A stretch of DNA of 64,000 bases from Lophium mytilinum (Eukaryota). Position 1 is the stretch's first letter, and each line of letters opens with the position of its first letter. The stretch spans positions 1,645,032 through 1,709,031 of the forward strand of contig MU004182.1 of NCBI GenBank assembly GCA_010093605.1, given 5' to 3'. A program made the position numbers and the translations under genes. Below, in pieces: positions 29,537 to 41,067 of this stretch. The notes beneath the pieces were generated by a model. That model made no database searches, had not been told where the DNA came from, and saw only the letters and a list, made by a program, of their open reading frames with translations.

Positions 29537-31061
29537 ATGGCGAAGACGGCGACCCTTCCGAAAAAACCTCCCAATGAAGCCTCGCACATCATCGATCTGA
29601 CCGGCGATGAGACAGTTGACTTGACGGGGGACACGGACTTGGAGAGCAGTTCTGACGAGGGCCCCGAGACTCCTCGGCCAGCGGAGATTGCATCGGGTAC
29701 AGACTCTGAAAGCTCTTCAGATGAGGAAGATCAAGATACTTCGGGCGATTTTCGAGCCGTCATCATTCCCAACGGCAAGCGAAAAGCGACACGCACTACC
29801 TCCGAACCGGGACCCAAGAGACCTGCAACCCATACCAAAGTAGATGCAAAAGAGAAAATACCTGAGCTTAAGCAGACTAAGCTTTCGAGCTTCTTCGTGC
29901 GCAAGGTGCAATGCCTGGCCTGCTACGAAGACTTAATTCCCTCTGCTTTTGCGACCAAGATTACCGCCGAGTGCAATCATGCGTCGCGTATCTGCGCTGA
30001 GTGCGTCCAGGGATCCTTATCTGCTCAACTCTCTGACACAAATACCCGTATCACCTGTCCCAATGCGGACTGCCATCTGCAGTTGACGCATGAGGACATA
30101 CGAACACATGGGACTTACGAGACCTTCGTCCGGTATGCCTCCACGCTACAAAACGCTCCCATCTATCTCATAGCGTACTGACCCACTCTACTAGGTACGA
30201 CACAGCCATTAGTCGCGAAGCAATTCGTGCAATGCCTGGCTTCACTCCATGTCCCAGCGCCAAATGTCCCGGTGGCCACTTCCACGAGACTCCCGAGGCT
30301 GGAAACATTTTTACATGCGAGGTCTGCAAAACAAAATACTGCGTCGTGTGCAACGTGCCTTTTCACACAGGTCAAACCTGCCGAGAGTACGTCGAGGTCC
30401 TGAATACCGCTCCTCAACGGAGAGAAGAAGAGGAGAAGTCGAAAGCGTACATTGAGAGGAGTACGAAGAAGTGCCCAGGAGAGAATTGCGGCTGGAACAT
30501 TGAGAAGAGCGAGGGTTGCGATCATATGACATGTGAGTCCGTTTCTATGGTGGAGCATCAACGTTAGGGTATACTGACTGTCGTGCAGGTCGGAGGTGCG
30601 GGCACGAGTTTTGCTGGGTATGTTTTGCCCCTTGGGCTCCGATCGTCGCGCGAGGAGGAAGCAACGCTCTTCATAACCCTCACTGCAAATACTACGCCAC
30701 ACACGACCCTGAGAACGACGATAGCGAAACATACGACAGTGAGCTAGATGATCTACACGATCGTATGCATCAGGATTTCAGCGATGAATATAACAGCGAG
30801 GACGAGTTGCCAGCCATCGGCGAAAGCTCTCGGACTCAGGAAGATGAAGCAGCTACCGAAGCTCCTCCACCTGCTATGCAACCGCATCATACGCGGGTTA
30901 TACGGGGTAATGATGAGGCGAATGTGGCCTCTCCGCCTCAAGTTCAGCCGATCCATATGCAGCTTCACCGAGAATTGGAGCTTACCAACACCCCACCTGG
31001 TAGTCCGCCCTTACATGTGCGCACTTTGCGAGAGGAATCTCGCGTCAGAGTACAGGCTTGA
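29537..31061 (+). CDS. RBR (RING1-IBR-RING2) E3 ubiquitin ligase, Ariadne-like, copy 1
   Basis: RING1 CLAC..CNH..CAEC..CPNADC; IBR CPSAKC..CEVC..CVVC..H..C; RING2 CPGENC..IEKSEGCDHMT|C.RCGHEFCWVC. Introns about 30133-30194 and 30533-30588. Confidence 0.9.
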
Positions 31062-32145
31062 GGGGCCTATTACGAGACCAGGTGTAATTTTTTCGGCGTG
31101 ATGGGTGTGAAAAAAGGATATGTCCTATCTGTGAAAAGTGGTTTGTCCTGAGATTTTACAAATCTGCATCTTATACCCGAGGAATTTCCATCGTCTTGTA
31201 CCTTCCTTTTTCTACCTATCTTAGCGAAATGGCATTGTGTCTTTGTTTGTTCTGCTGCAATTGATCTGCGTGTGAAGTTTAGTGACTAAATGGCTGCCAA
31301 ATCTTCCGTAGCACTCTACATGAGCCATGTCATCGCTACGTAGAAGACGAGCAAGCGTGTAAGAGGTCCAGCAACTACTCCATCCTCTACTCTACGAGCC
31401 CTTTACCCTAAGATCACCGTAGAATTAGTTAACACCTAAAGCCATCCGTATAGCTTGATTCTGCACGCTGCTGACATTCTAGACTCAGGAAAAATCTCGT
31501 AGACTCACGCAAACTGGCCAGACTTTTGCCACGTAGCCCTTCCGCATTTCTTTCGTTTCCATCAGTTTCTAGGCAATTCTCTTTGCTGCGAGCCCGTGGC
31601 TACCGACTTTCATTTTGTGGTTGACCAACAAAAAGGGGCATGGGGAAAAGGGGCGGGGCTCGTTACTCGCCCAACCGCGCTGACACCCCCAAAGATTCAT
31701 GGTTCAGAGGGTATGTGAGTCACAACCATATTCGCGACCGGACTACGTGGCAGACTAATGCTTGGCTCTCGATTTCGTATAAGAGGCTGCCCTCCCCCTC
31801 GACTTTCTGCGCAGCCTTCGGGCTTGCTAACCTGCTAATCATCTAGATGCTAATACCTCCAGCTGATCTATCTGCCATATATCTACTATATAACATATAT
31901 CTACATCATCTAGAGATCATCTACTTACCATTTCTTTTGTTATTTCAGCCTATTCGGCTTGCTTCCATCTACTTGCTATCTCTCCTCGCGTTCGCGTGTT
32001 TTTCCGATATACGTGTCATCTATTTTTGCCATCTGCTTTTGCCATTTCTTTATGCCGTCTCCTTTCCTATTTTCGTTTTTATCTACTTTGCCACCTACTT
32101 GCCATCTATTTACCATCTTTACCATCTTTTCTCACTTACCCCCGT

Positions 32146-35100
32146 GGGGCGGAGGCGGCATCGTCCACCTGGATGGCCGTCACGGATGGGGGCGTTGGCT
32201 GGGGCCCCCATCTTTACCCTCATTTCTTTGCCATTTACAACCTCCATTTACTACGTGTCATCTACTATCAATTTCCCATACAAATGCCACCTATCTCATC
32301 TTTAACTATATATTTCCATTTAATGCCATTTACATCTGCTATTTACCGGTGCCATATATGCCATTTACCCCCGCTGGGCGGAGGCGGCACCATCCACTTG
32401 GATGGCCGTCACGGATGGGGTGCGTTGTTGGGGCCCCCATCGTAACCCATTTTCATTTTTTCTTAGTGTGTGCGGGGGATTGTGGGATTTCGGTTAGGTT
32501 GATGAGGACGTGGCTAGAGTGAGGTCTTGGAGTGGATGGAGTTCCAGTCTTAGCATAGCAAATATCAAGCCCATTTCATTCTCAACGCTTATCTTTGTGC
32601 TCATTAATGTGATCTCCGCTATTAGTGTACCTTCTTGTGGTGCTTTGAGGATGCCACATCTCCAGCAAATGCGTCTGCTCGTCACTGCCCATACTTTGCC
32701 CAAGGACCTCAACAACACCTTTGAACACATCTTCGAAACACGCAGATTTGTCATCTTTCCCTCCATGGGACCCTCAAAGGCTCTTCTTTTGACGGCGACT
32801 GCATAAGTTTGAACACGCGAGACCCGTCCCACCAGGACTCCTTCCCACCATAAATTCCGCCAGCCTTCCTGACACTATTGAAGGCCATGTGTTCAGTGCC
32901 GACATATCCCGTGGTTAACCGCTCCAGCAAGAATCTGGTGGAATGTTCTCCTTCCACGCGCGGCCTGACGGGCTCGTTATTCACCTTCACTCGTTCAATA
33001 GCGGGCACAGGCCCGGGCGCCCGCCCAAATGGACCAGCCATATAAAGTCTGCCTGCCCCGACGCCTTTCCTTCCTCCAACAACCTACAGTTTTTTCTCCT
33101 ACACAACCACATCACCACATCACCACCCTTCCTTCGTCGCGATCTGAGCAGAACCGGCTCCTCGACCACCTCGGTTCCACTAGGTCTTGCCTCCTCTTTC
33201 CGCCCACCACACAAGCCTGCTGTGTTATCCACCACCGCCTCGTTTCTGCGCCCTACTTGGGGCGCGACCCTGTACTCCTCCACCCGTCACAGAAGCCTCT
33301 TCGACTCCCACCTCCTCTTCCTATCTCTTACATTGCTCGTTCCCGGACTCGGTGGCGGCATTGCACAACCCATTAATTGGGCAATGCCACGGGATGTGGA
33401 GGCTGGGCCCATCTCTTCGACGGCTTCTCGAAGCTTCCATATTGTGGACATCCGTTCGCACCCGATTCACCGGCCTAAGATATCATGTCGGAGATATCGG
33501 GTCTCCACAAAGAACACGCACTCGACACACACTCGCCTTCGTAAGACCACCACCACACTCGCTTCGACTAATTCTTCTTCGGCGTCGTCTCCTCCAACAA
33601 ATCTCTTCGCCTACTCGCCTATAATCTTCCGGGCCTGGTGGGGGGCACCTTACACCCATTGATCGGGGGTGCCCAAGCAAGGAGAGGTTGGCGGCCTTGC
33701 TACCTACTTCGCCTCTTCGGAGTGCAGGTAGGATGCCATTTCGAAGGCATAGATCTTTTCAATTCTCTTCCACCGTTGGAGGGTTCATCCCATCGTGCCC
33801 ACCGCTTCCACCGCTTCCACTACCAAATTGCTCCGACGCGCCACCGCTACCACCTCCTCGCTCTTCGCGACTATCTGCCATACCATTACCGCTGGACCTG
33901 GTGGGGGGCACCTCATACCCATTGATTGGGGGTGCCCAAGCAAGGAGAGGTTGGCGGCCTTGCTACTTACCTCGCACTCCTTGGAGTGCAGGTAGGCGCC
34001 ATGTCGGAGGCGTTTCTTTTCGACTTCATTCACCCGCTAGAGAAGTTGACCTACCTATTCTCCGTTCTTACTTACATAGACTTCATCGCCGAACCAGTTT
34101 TGCAATACTGCTAGAGGGCTTAGCCCAGCAGACATACTTACACCAGCCCGTCTTTGTTCGTCGCCACCACCACCACCACTACCACCACCACCTCCTCCTC
34201 CTCCTCTCTTCTTCTACGATAGAGCAAGACTTCCGGACTCGGTGGGAGCATCCCATTACACCCATAAATTGGGGGATGCTGGGAAGGAGAGGTTGGCGGC
34301 CTTCCCACCTACCTTGCCGACAGGTAGAGCGCCATTTCAGAGTTGCATATACAGTTCGTTTCCAACAGAGTTTTTCTTCCCATCGATAATCCAAGGCCTC
34401 CGAATCGGGTGGAGGCAGTCCTTACCCGTTGATAGGGGACTGCCAGTAATGGGAGGCTGGGCCCATCTCATCGCCAGCCCAAGGTATCATGTCGAAGATG
34501 CCAGGCCTCCGGACCGTGGACCTGGTGGAGGCAGTTCGTCCCCGTCAGTGGGAATTGCCAGTGATGGGAGGTTGGGCCCGTCTCATCGCCGGCCCAAGGT
34601 ATCATATCGAAAGTACTAGGCCTCTGGACCGTGGACCCGGTGGGAGGCTTCTGCTACCCATTAATTGGGGAAGCCTGAGACGGGGAGGTTGCCCCGATCT
34701 CACCTACCTTCACGACTGGTAGGGCGCCATTTCGGAGGTGCGACAGAGCCCTTGCTTTTCTCGACAGCCTAAGATGCCATTTCGGAGACATCAGGCCTCC
34801 GAACCGCTGACCCGGTGGGAGGCTTCTGATACCCATCAATCGGGGGAGCCTGAGACGGGGAGGTTGGGCCCCGATCTCACCTACCTTCACGACTGGTAGT
34901 GCGCCATTTCGGAGGCCCGACGGAATTGTTCTGTTTATCGACGGCCCAACATGTCATTTCGGAAACATCAGGCTTCCACCCGTGGATGGCTTTCTGTAAT
35001 ACCCGCGAAACACCTCATTTCGGAGATGGTGACGCTAATCTGGTGGAGGCATTCCGCACCCATTAATAGGGGGATGCCAGAGATGGGAGGCTGGGCCCGT

Positions 35101-35740
35101 TTCATCTGTCTTCCTGACTGGTAAATCGCCATCTCAAAGGCGTCGCATAGACTCGTTTCCATTTAATGGCCTAAAATGTCATATCAGAGACATCAGGCTT
35201 TCGTACCATGGACCCGTATCAACCTCCGTCGCTCGCTCAATCTGGTGGAGGTATCTCAGACCCGTTGATAGGGAGATACCAGGGATGGGAGGTTGGGCCC
35301 ATCTCATCGACGGCCCCCGAGGCCTCTGTACCTGGACCTGGAACGTGGAAATCGTGTTCGCACGCCTAATCTGGTGGAGGTGTCTCGAACCCGTTAATAG
35401 GGAGATACCACGAGTGGGAGGTTGGGCCCATCTCATCGCCGGCCCCTAGGCCTCCGGATCCGGACTGTGAAAATCGTGGCCTAATCTGGTGGAGGTATCC
35501 CAAGCCCGGCAATAGGAAGATACCATGAGATGGGAGGGCTGGGCCCATCTCATCGACGGCCCCCGAGGCTTCCGGACTTGGACCTGGAAATCGCGTTCGC
35601 ACGCCCAATCTGGTGGAGGTATTCCGAACCCATTAATGAAGGGGGATACCAAAGATGGGAGGCTGGGCCCATCTCCGGACCGTAGACTCTGTCTGCACAC
35701 GACACCGGCCCAAGGTATCATATCGGAGATACCAGGCCTC
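32146..35740 (+). repeat. Array of ~15 divergent structured repeat units plus ~14 copies of a second hairpin motif; probably non-coding RNA elements
   Basis: Unit cores start at about 32146, 32375, 33351, 33637, 33900, 34241, 34408, 34524, 34639, 34814, 35042, 35244, 35373, 35488 and 35612. Stem sequences differ between copies but stay complementary. Confidence 0.85.
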
Positions 35741-36478
35741 CAAGAGGGATATGGGCGGAAGGCAAGGACAATGGGTATGCGGCCACTGGGGTCGGTGGAG
35801 GTGGACATGGTCGGGAGGTTTTTCATCCTACGGGGTTTTCCTCCATATTTATTTTACAGAGAGTTTTACAAATTTTCTCTCGCACAATTTTCATTTACGC
35901 CTGGGGTTCGTCGGCAGGGCGGTAGCTTCCAGAAGAAAGAGGGGGCATTGGTTTTCTAGCCTTGTGCTGGGGATCGAAGTCTCTTCGGGGTTGGGATTGT
36001 TGAGCGGTGGACGAGATTGAGCTGCATTCGGGTAAACGGGTTTGTTCGTAACTGTAGTTAGCTTGTATTGCTATGTTCAAGTCTCTGTTTTAATCAAAGC
36101 ACGGTGGTGAGGTGATATGGAGTTCCTATTCTGCTGCTGATAACGAGATGTACTGTGAACGCATGGTGGACTGGGCTGGGTAGCAGAGTCCTAGGAACAG
36201 AGATCTGAAGAACCAATGGTGAAGCACATTGAGGTATTGGAGGAAAGCAAGGAAATCAGGACTGGACTAAGGCTCTAGGATTTGTCGGATTGAGGAAAAG
36301 AAATAATTTGGTGAGAAGCAAGGATGTGTTGTGTAGAAACCAGAGTATGCACTACGCAAGAATGCGAAGACGCATTGCGCTTCGAGTGAAGGTATTTACA
36401 GGCTCTCTTCATGTCCGATGACCCAGCGTGGAAACTGAGTCGACCCTGTTTAACGTCCTTTTCTAGGCTAATGTTGTA

Positions 36479-37633
36479 CTAGCTTGAATACCAAGCTAGC
36501 GTTTCGTTAAGGAGTTCTTCGTTGTAGCCGTCGATGTATTCGTCGTATTCGTCGGGTTCCACGGCTGCATGTGGAGGCTCAGGATCGTGCAACGGTCGAT
36601 AGTGCTTACAAGATTGGTCATGGAAATGGTTGCCATTCTGAATGATGGGGGTCCAGCTCGTCCGACATAGCCAGCAGAACTGGTGGCCGCATCGAGTGCC
36701 TGAATTGATAGAGTGTTAGATCAGTAAGTAGCATCTTATCTGTAAGAGACGGCTTACATGTCATGTGGTCGCAACCATTGTTCTTCTGGATCCTCCAACC
36801 ACAGCCTTTCCCCGGACACTCTTTTGAGATTTCCCGGATAAGGTTGACCGAGTCCTGCTCTTGTTTCTTGAGTTGCGCAGCTTCAAGCTCTGCAGCCTTT
36901 GCGGCGGCTTCTGCGGCCTCTTCCTCCAGTCGCTTCTTCTCCGTCGCTTCAGCCTCTCTAGCAGCCTTTTCGGCAAGCATTTCTGCCACTGCAGCAGCTT
37001 TCTCGGCACTTTTTGCCTGCCTCTCCAATTTTGCCTTCTTCTTGATGGCAAACTGCTCGCAAGTCAAGTTTCTGTGCCAGGGGGCGTTGCAAACAACGCA
37101 GTACTTCGCTCTGCACGATTTGCACGTGAAGATTGGCTCTGCTACTCCCGCTTCATGGAAGTGTCCACCTCGGCATCTAGCCTTTGGGCATGGAATGAAC
37201 GATTCCATTGAACGTACGGCTTGGAAGGTTACCAAATCATCATACCTGCTGCAATTAGCATTCAACAGCGTATATTATGGGGCTGGTAATCTTACCGGGA
37301 GAATGTTTCCTTGGTACTGTGTGCCTTTACATCGGTGTGACTGAGGACCTCCGAACAGTCACTATGCGGGCAAAAAATCTTGGTGATATTGTCGTCGACT
37401 TGAGAGGTAATGGTTTGCTCAATGCAGCCGCGGCAGATCGTTTGATTGTGCTCGCAGCTCGCTGTGGTTTTGGTGGGGAATGCATCGGCAGCCTTTTCGT
37501 CGAGACATACCTCGCACTCAATGAGAGCAGAAGTGGAGACTCCCGTGTAGATACCCGTAGACTGCGTCGGGATTTTGAGATTTCTCTCGGCAAGTGAGGC
37601 CTCTTCTGCCTTTCTCTTCCTCGAGCCATCCAT
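36479..37633 (-). CDS. RBR E3 ubiquitin ligase, Ariadne-like, copy 2 (start could extend to 37711)
   Basis: CEVC..CEH..CRGC..CPHSDC; CPKARC..CKSC..CVVC..H..C; CPGKGC..IQKNNGCDHMT|CTRCGHQFCWLC; Ala/Glu/Lys-rich coiled insert before RING2. Confidence 0.9.
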
Positions 37634-39411
37634 TATTTTGTTGCGGAGCGGAGGTCTCCAGGGAGCTTGTCTAGTCAAATTCGAATGCTGTAGTCCTTCT
37701 GGGGAATGCATCTTTGTTCGCGAAATGAGTCTAAGCGGATCTCATGGCTCGGTCCGACCTCCCGGCTCCGCTTGACTTTGACTGAACTGAATGGAATGTC
37801 TGACTAGTAAAGGACTATCAGCATTTAGAGATAGCTGTTGAAGCTGGGTGAGATCCAAGACAAGAATACGAATAGGTGTTGTGAGTAGAGACCCTTGGAC
37901 GCGGGGAATAGAGTTGTCTTCCTAGAAGCCTCAAGATGAAGTGACAGTGAGAGGGAGAGAATTCGGTCTGACTTCCAAGATATCGAGAGTCAGCAGAAGT
38001 CCAAGTGAGACTGAAAGCACACGTTGCACCGAACTTAACAGCGATTAGTCCTTGGACTGAGCGAACGATCTGCAAAGCTATGAAAGATGAGGAAATAAAG
38101 AGGCAGCTGTTAAGAAGTTGAGAAAGCCTCGACTAGTGTAGCCGACCTTGCACGCTGGCTCCGTAGTAGTTTGTTTCGGAACCAAGTGAGGTGATTTTTG
38201 AAACAGCTTCATCTGAATCCACGCTGTGGAGTGACCAGGGTAGCACTCATGGCACTAGGTCGTAAGCAAAGACACACGAATATATCCCACCGTGAATGCG
38301 ACTGTTGATGGCTAGACATCGTTGCTCAGAGCATGCGTGTGAGGCAGCAAAGGAACCCCATTTTTCTATTCTGTATACCGACTAGTAATCTTTCACATCT
38401 CATTTCGATGTTCGAGACGTCTGAGTTTCCTCGAATAGCCGCAACCGCAGTGCGCAAAAGGTCGATAACCTGTCACGTGACTGCTCTCAACTCTAACTCA
38501 GAGATGAAGCAGCATCGTCGTGCCCATCTCTACATCCAGTTTCGGTATCTATACTTACTTGCTGTACAAGTTCTGGGACCTTGTTCAAAGACCAGGGGCT
38601 TCAGCGCTGGCGGCGCTATCGTCGTTCTGATCACCAGCGGATCCGTAGTAAAGTGCATGCAGCATGGTTCTCGTCATGCGAAAGAGACATGGCATCGATC
38701 CCTCAAAGACATATCGTACGGCTCCATCTCTTTTGCCTAGCCATCCATGTGTAAATCTCGAAGTCGGTGCAATTGATGCGTCGAGCGGAGGAGTGATGAA
38801 GGCCAAGTCGTCAAGGGGTTAGATGGCCGTGCGCCGCCGATGTCGGGCACGCTTTGATGAACGACTGTCTACTCTCCTATTCCATCAAACTTCATCGCAA
38901 CTCTAATCTCACAATGGGAATTCGTATTCGCGAAACCTTGAATCATGGAGTGCTCTTCTAAGAAGCAAACGGACGGCAAGTAAGGTAATCTCAATCGCGT
39001 CGCAAAGCGTGTCATATACTCTAGTTTCTCATAATCATTTCCATCGCTCATATTGTATTCGTACTGCCATCTATCGCTGTGTTGCTCCGGAATAATAGTA
39101 CATTGAGGCCTCCTCCCTAATCTAAGCTTGAAGGTTGTCATACTACAGCTATCTGATGCAGGTGGGCTAGCTATGTCCACTCTCAGGGCCGTTGGAATCA
39201 CCCAAAGAACTATGCTTAGAGACACCCAGTCACATTCACGATTGCTTCGTCGCGAACGAAGCTTTCACTAAGCATGGGAAACCCCCGATTCATGTCGCGA
39301 CCGCCTGCGGCGTCGACAGCTAAGCTCGTGGCGCACAGCTTTCAGCCTACGTTCTTCACTAACACACCTTGCACGTTCGTCGCCAGGGCTGTCTCACAAC
39401 AATCTACCAGA

Positions 39412-40841
39412 ATGGCACCCAAAGCTCGCGGCAAGGCCACCGCCAAAGCAGCCCAACTGAAAGCATCAGAGGCCACCCCTGAGGAACCACAGGCTGAGAC
39501 GAGGTACAACTTGCGCAAACGCGAGCGCCCCGACCCAGGACACGAGGCCCAAGCAGGGGAAGGTTCCACAGCAAAGAAGAAGAAACCCGCTCCACCTAAG
39601 AAAGCTCGAGGGCAGAAAGCCCCGAGACCAACCGCAGCAACATCCAAGAAGCCCGCGACAACCCCTGAAGCTTCGACGAAAGCAAAGAGTGGCAAGACGG
39701 AGGGAAAGTCTACACACACACCTACTCCGACGAAGTCACAAAGCAAGGGAAATGACTGCAGCCCACAAAGCGGACGCGAGATCGAAGGGGTCTTGGCCGA
39801 CGCAACTAACAAGGCAGGATCGACCTCACAGATTCAACCCAAACAGAAGATTCCAGGTATAGCCACAAGCTTCAGGGCATTTGATGCATCTCTGGCCGCG
39901 CGCGGAACAAAGTCTTCCCTTGCTGTAGTTCTCAAAGTTGCGGCATCCAATATCAACGCCGGCCGCCACGATTCTGTAGTTTTTCATGCGGACGGAACCC
40001 CGCAGAGCCCTTCAGTTAGGAAGCATTCTTGCACGAGCTGTTACGACACGAAGGCCCAGGAAGACTTTCCATATCTACGCCCGGGGCTCTCGCATAATCA
40101 TCCGATAGAGACGTGCCGCGAATGCCTCCAAGCGTGGATCGCCACTAGGGTCTCTGAGAAGATTGTGCAGATTGGTTGCCCAGAGTGCGATGAGCATTTG
40201 TCACGCGGCGTGGTTGAAGCTGTTGCTGAGAAACGCGTCTTTGATCAGTAGGCATTTCAATATCCTCTATATACGACATATAGCTAACGCGGTAGCGCAG
40301 GCTGTGCGAGCAAGAGAGCCTCAACTTCATTCGGACAATGGAAGGCTTCATAAGCTGCCCAAATGCCGACTGCTCGGGCGGTCATCAGCATCCACATCCC
40401 GAAGAAGAACCTATCTTTACCTGCGAGGTCTGCAATGCTAAATACTGCACCCTTTGCAAGGTGCCGTACCACGATGGACTTACGTGTGCAGAGTACAAGC
40501 AGCGAGGGGGCCTCACAGAGGAGCAGAAGGGCCAAGAGGATGCAACGGCCAAGTTCAAAGAGAAGCGCACGAAGAAGTGTCCGGATTGCCGTAGCCCCAT
40601 TCAAAAGGACAGGGGCTGCGACCACATGACATGTAAGAAGCAACGGCAGCGACGGCGATGGATGCAAGAACATGCTGACACAACGCTGTAGGCAGCTACT
40701 GCAGGAAACAGTTCTGCTGGGATTGTCTAGCGGACTGGAACTCAATCATCCGGAATGACAACAGCCGTCACAACCCGACCTGCAGATGGTATCGTGGAAA
40801 CCTGCCCTCTGCACCCCAAGTATTATCAGACACGGAGTCGG

Positions 40842-40872
<31 letters not shown>

Positions 40873-40930
40873 AGACGAGGATGAGGTCATGTTTGGTAAT
40901 GGTGGGGGGGATGAGAGCCTCTATGATTGA
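39412..40930 (+). CDS. RBR E3 ubiquitin ligase, Ariadne-like, copy 3, with long basic N-terminus and acidic tail
   Basis: CTSC..HNH..CREC..CPEC; CPNADC..CEVC..CTLC..H..C; CPDC..IQKDRGCDHMT|CSYCRKQFCWDC; (GAT)n poly-Asp near 40845-40870. Confidence 0.9.
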
Positions 40931-41067
40931 CGGTTTGATGTCCGACCTTTCAATGTGCTAAGATGTATCTAGAGGCCGGACGGGAGTCATAACTAGATAC
41001 CAAAGATTAGACCAAGCCATTGACTAAACAGAAGCTAGCCCAAACATTCTTTTAAACCCAATTAGCA

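Noticed and set aside
31847..32522. Hydrophobic 149-187 aa ORFs as membrane proteins
   Set aside because: All three frames are open because of the C/T/A-rich low-complexity tract, and they run through the structured repeats; no protein-like signal.
33351..35680. Array units as hammerhead or HDV-like ribozymes, or SRP Alu-domain copies
   Set aside because: No CUGANGA/GAAA hammerhead core on either strand. The minus-strand resemblance to HDV (GGCCGGC..CCCAGCCUCC) lacks room for P2/P3/L3. The GGGAGGCUG similarity to Alu does not reproduce the two kissing hairpins.
32146..35740. CRISPR array
   Set aside because: Eukaryotic context, repeats long and divergent, spacers of irregular length and related to each other, no cas genes.
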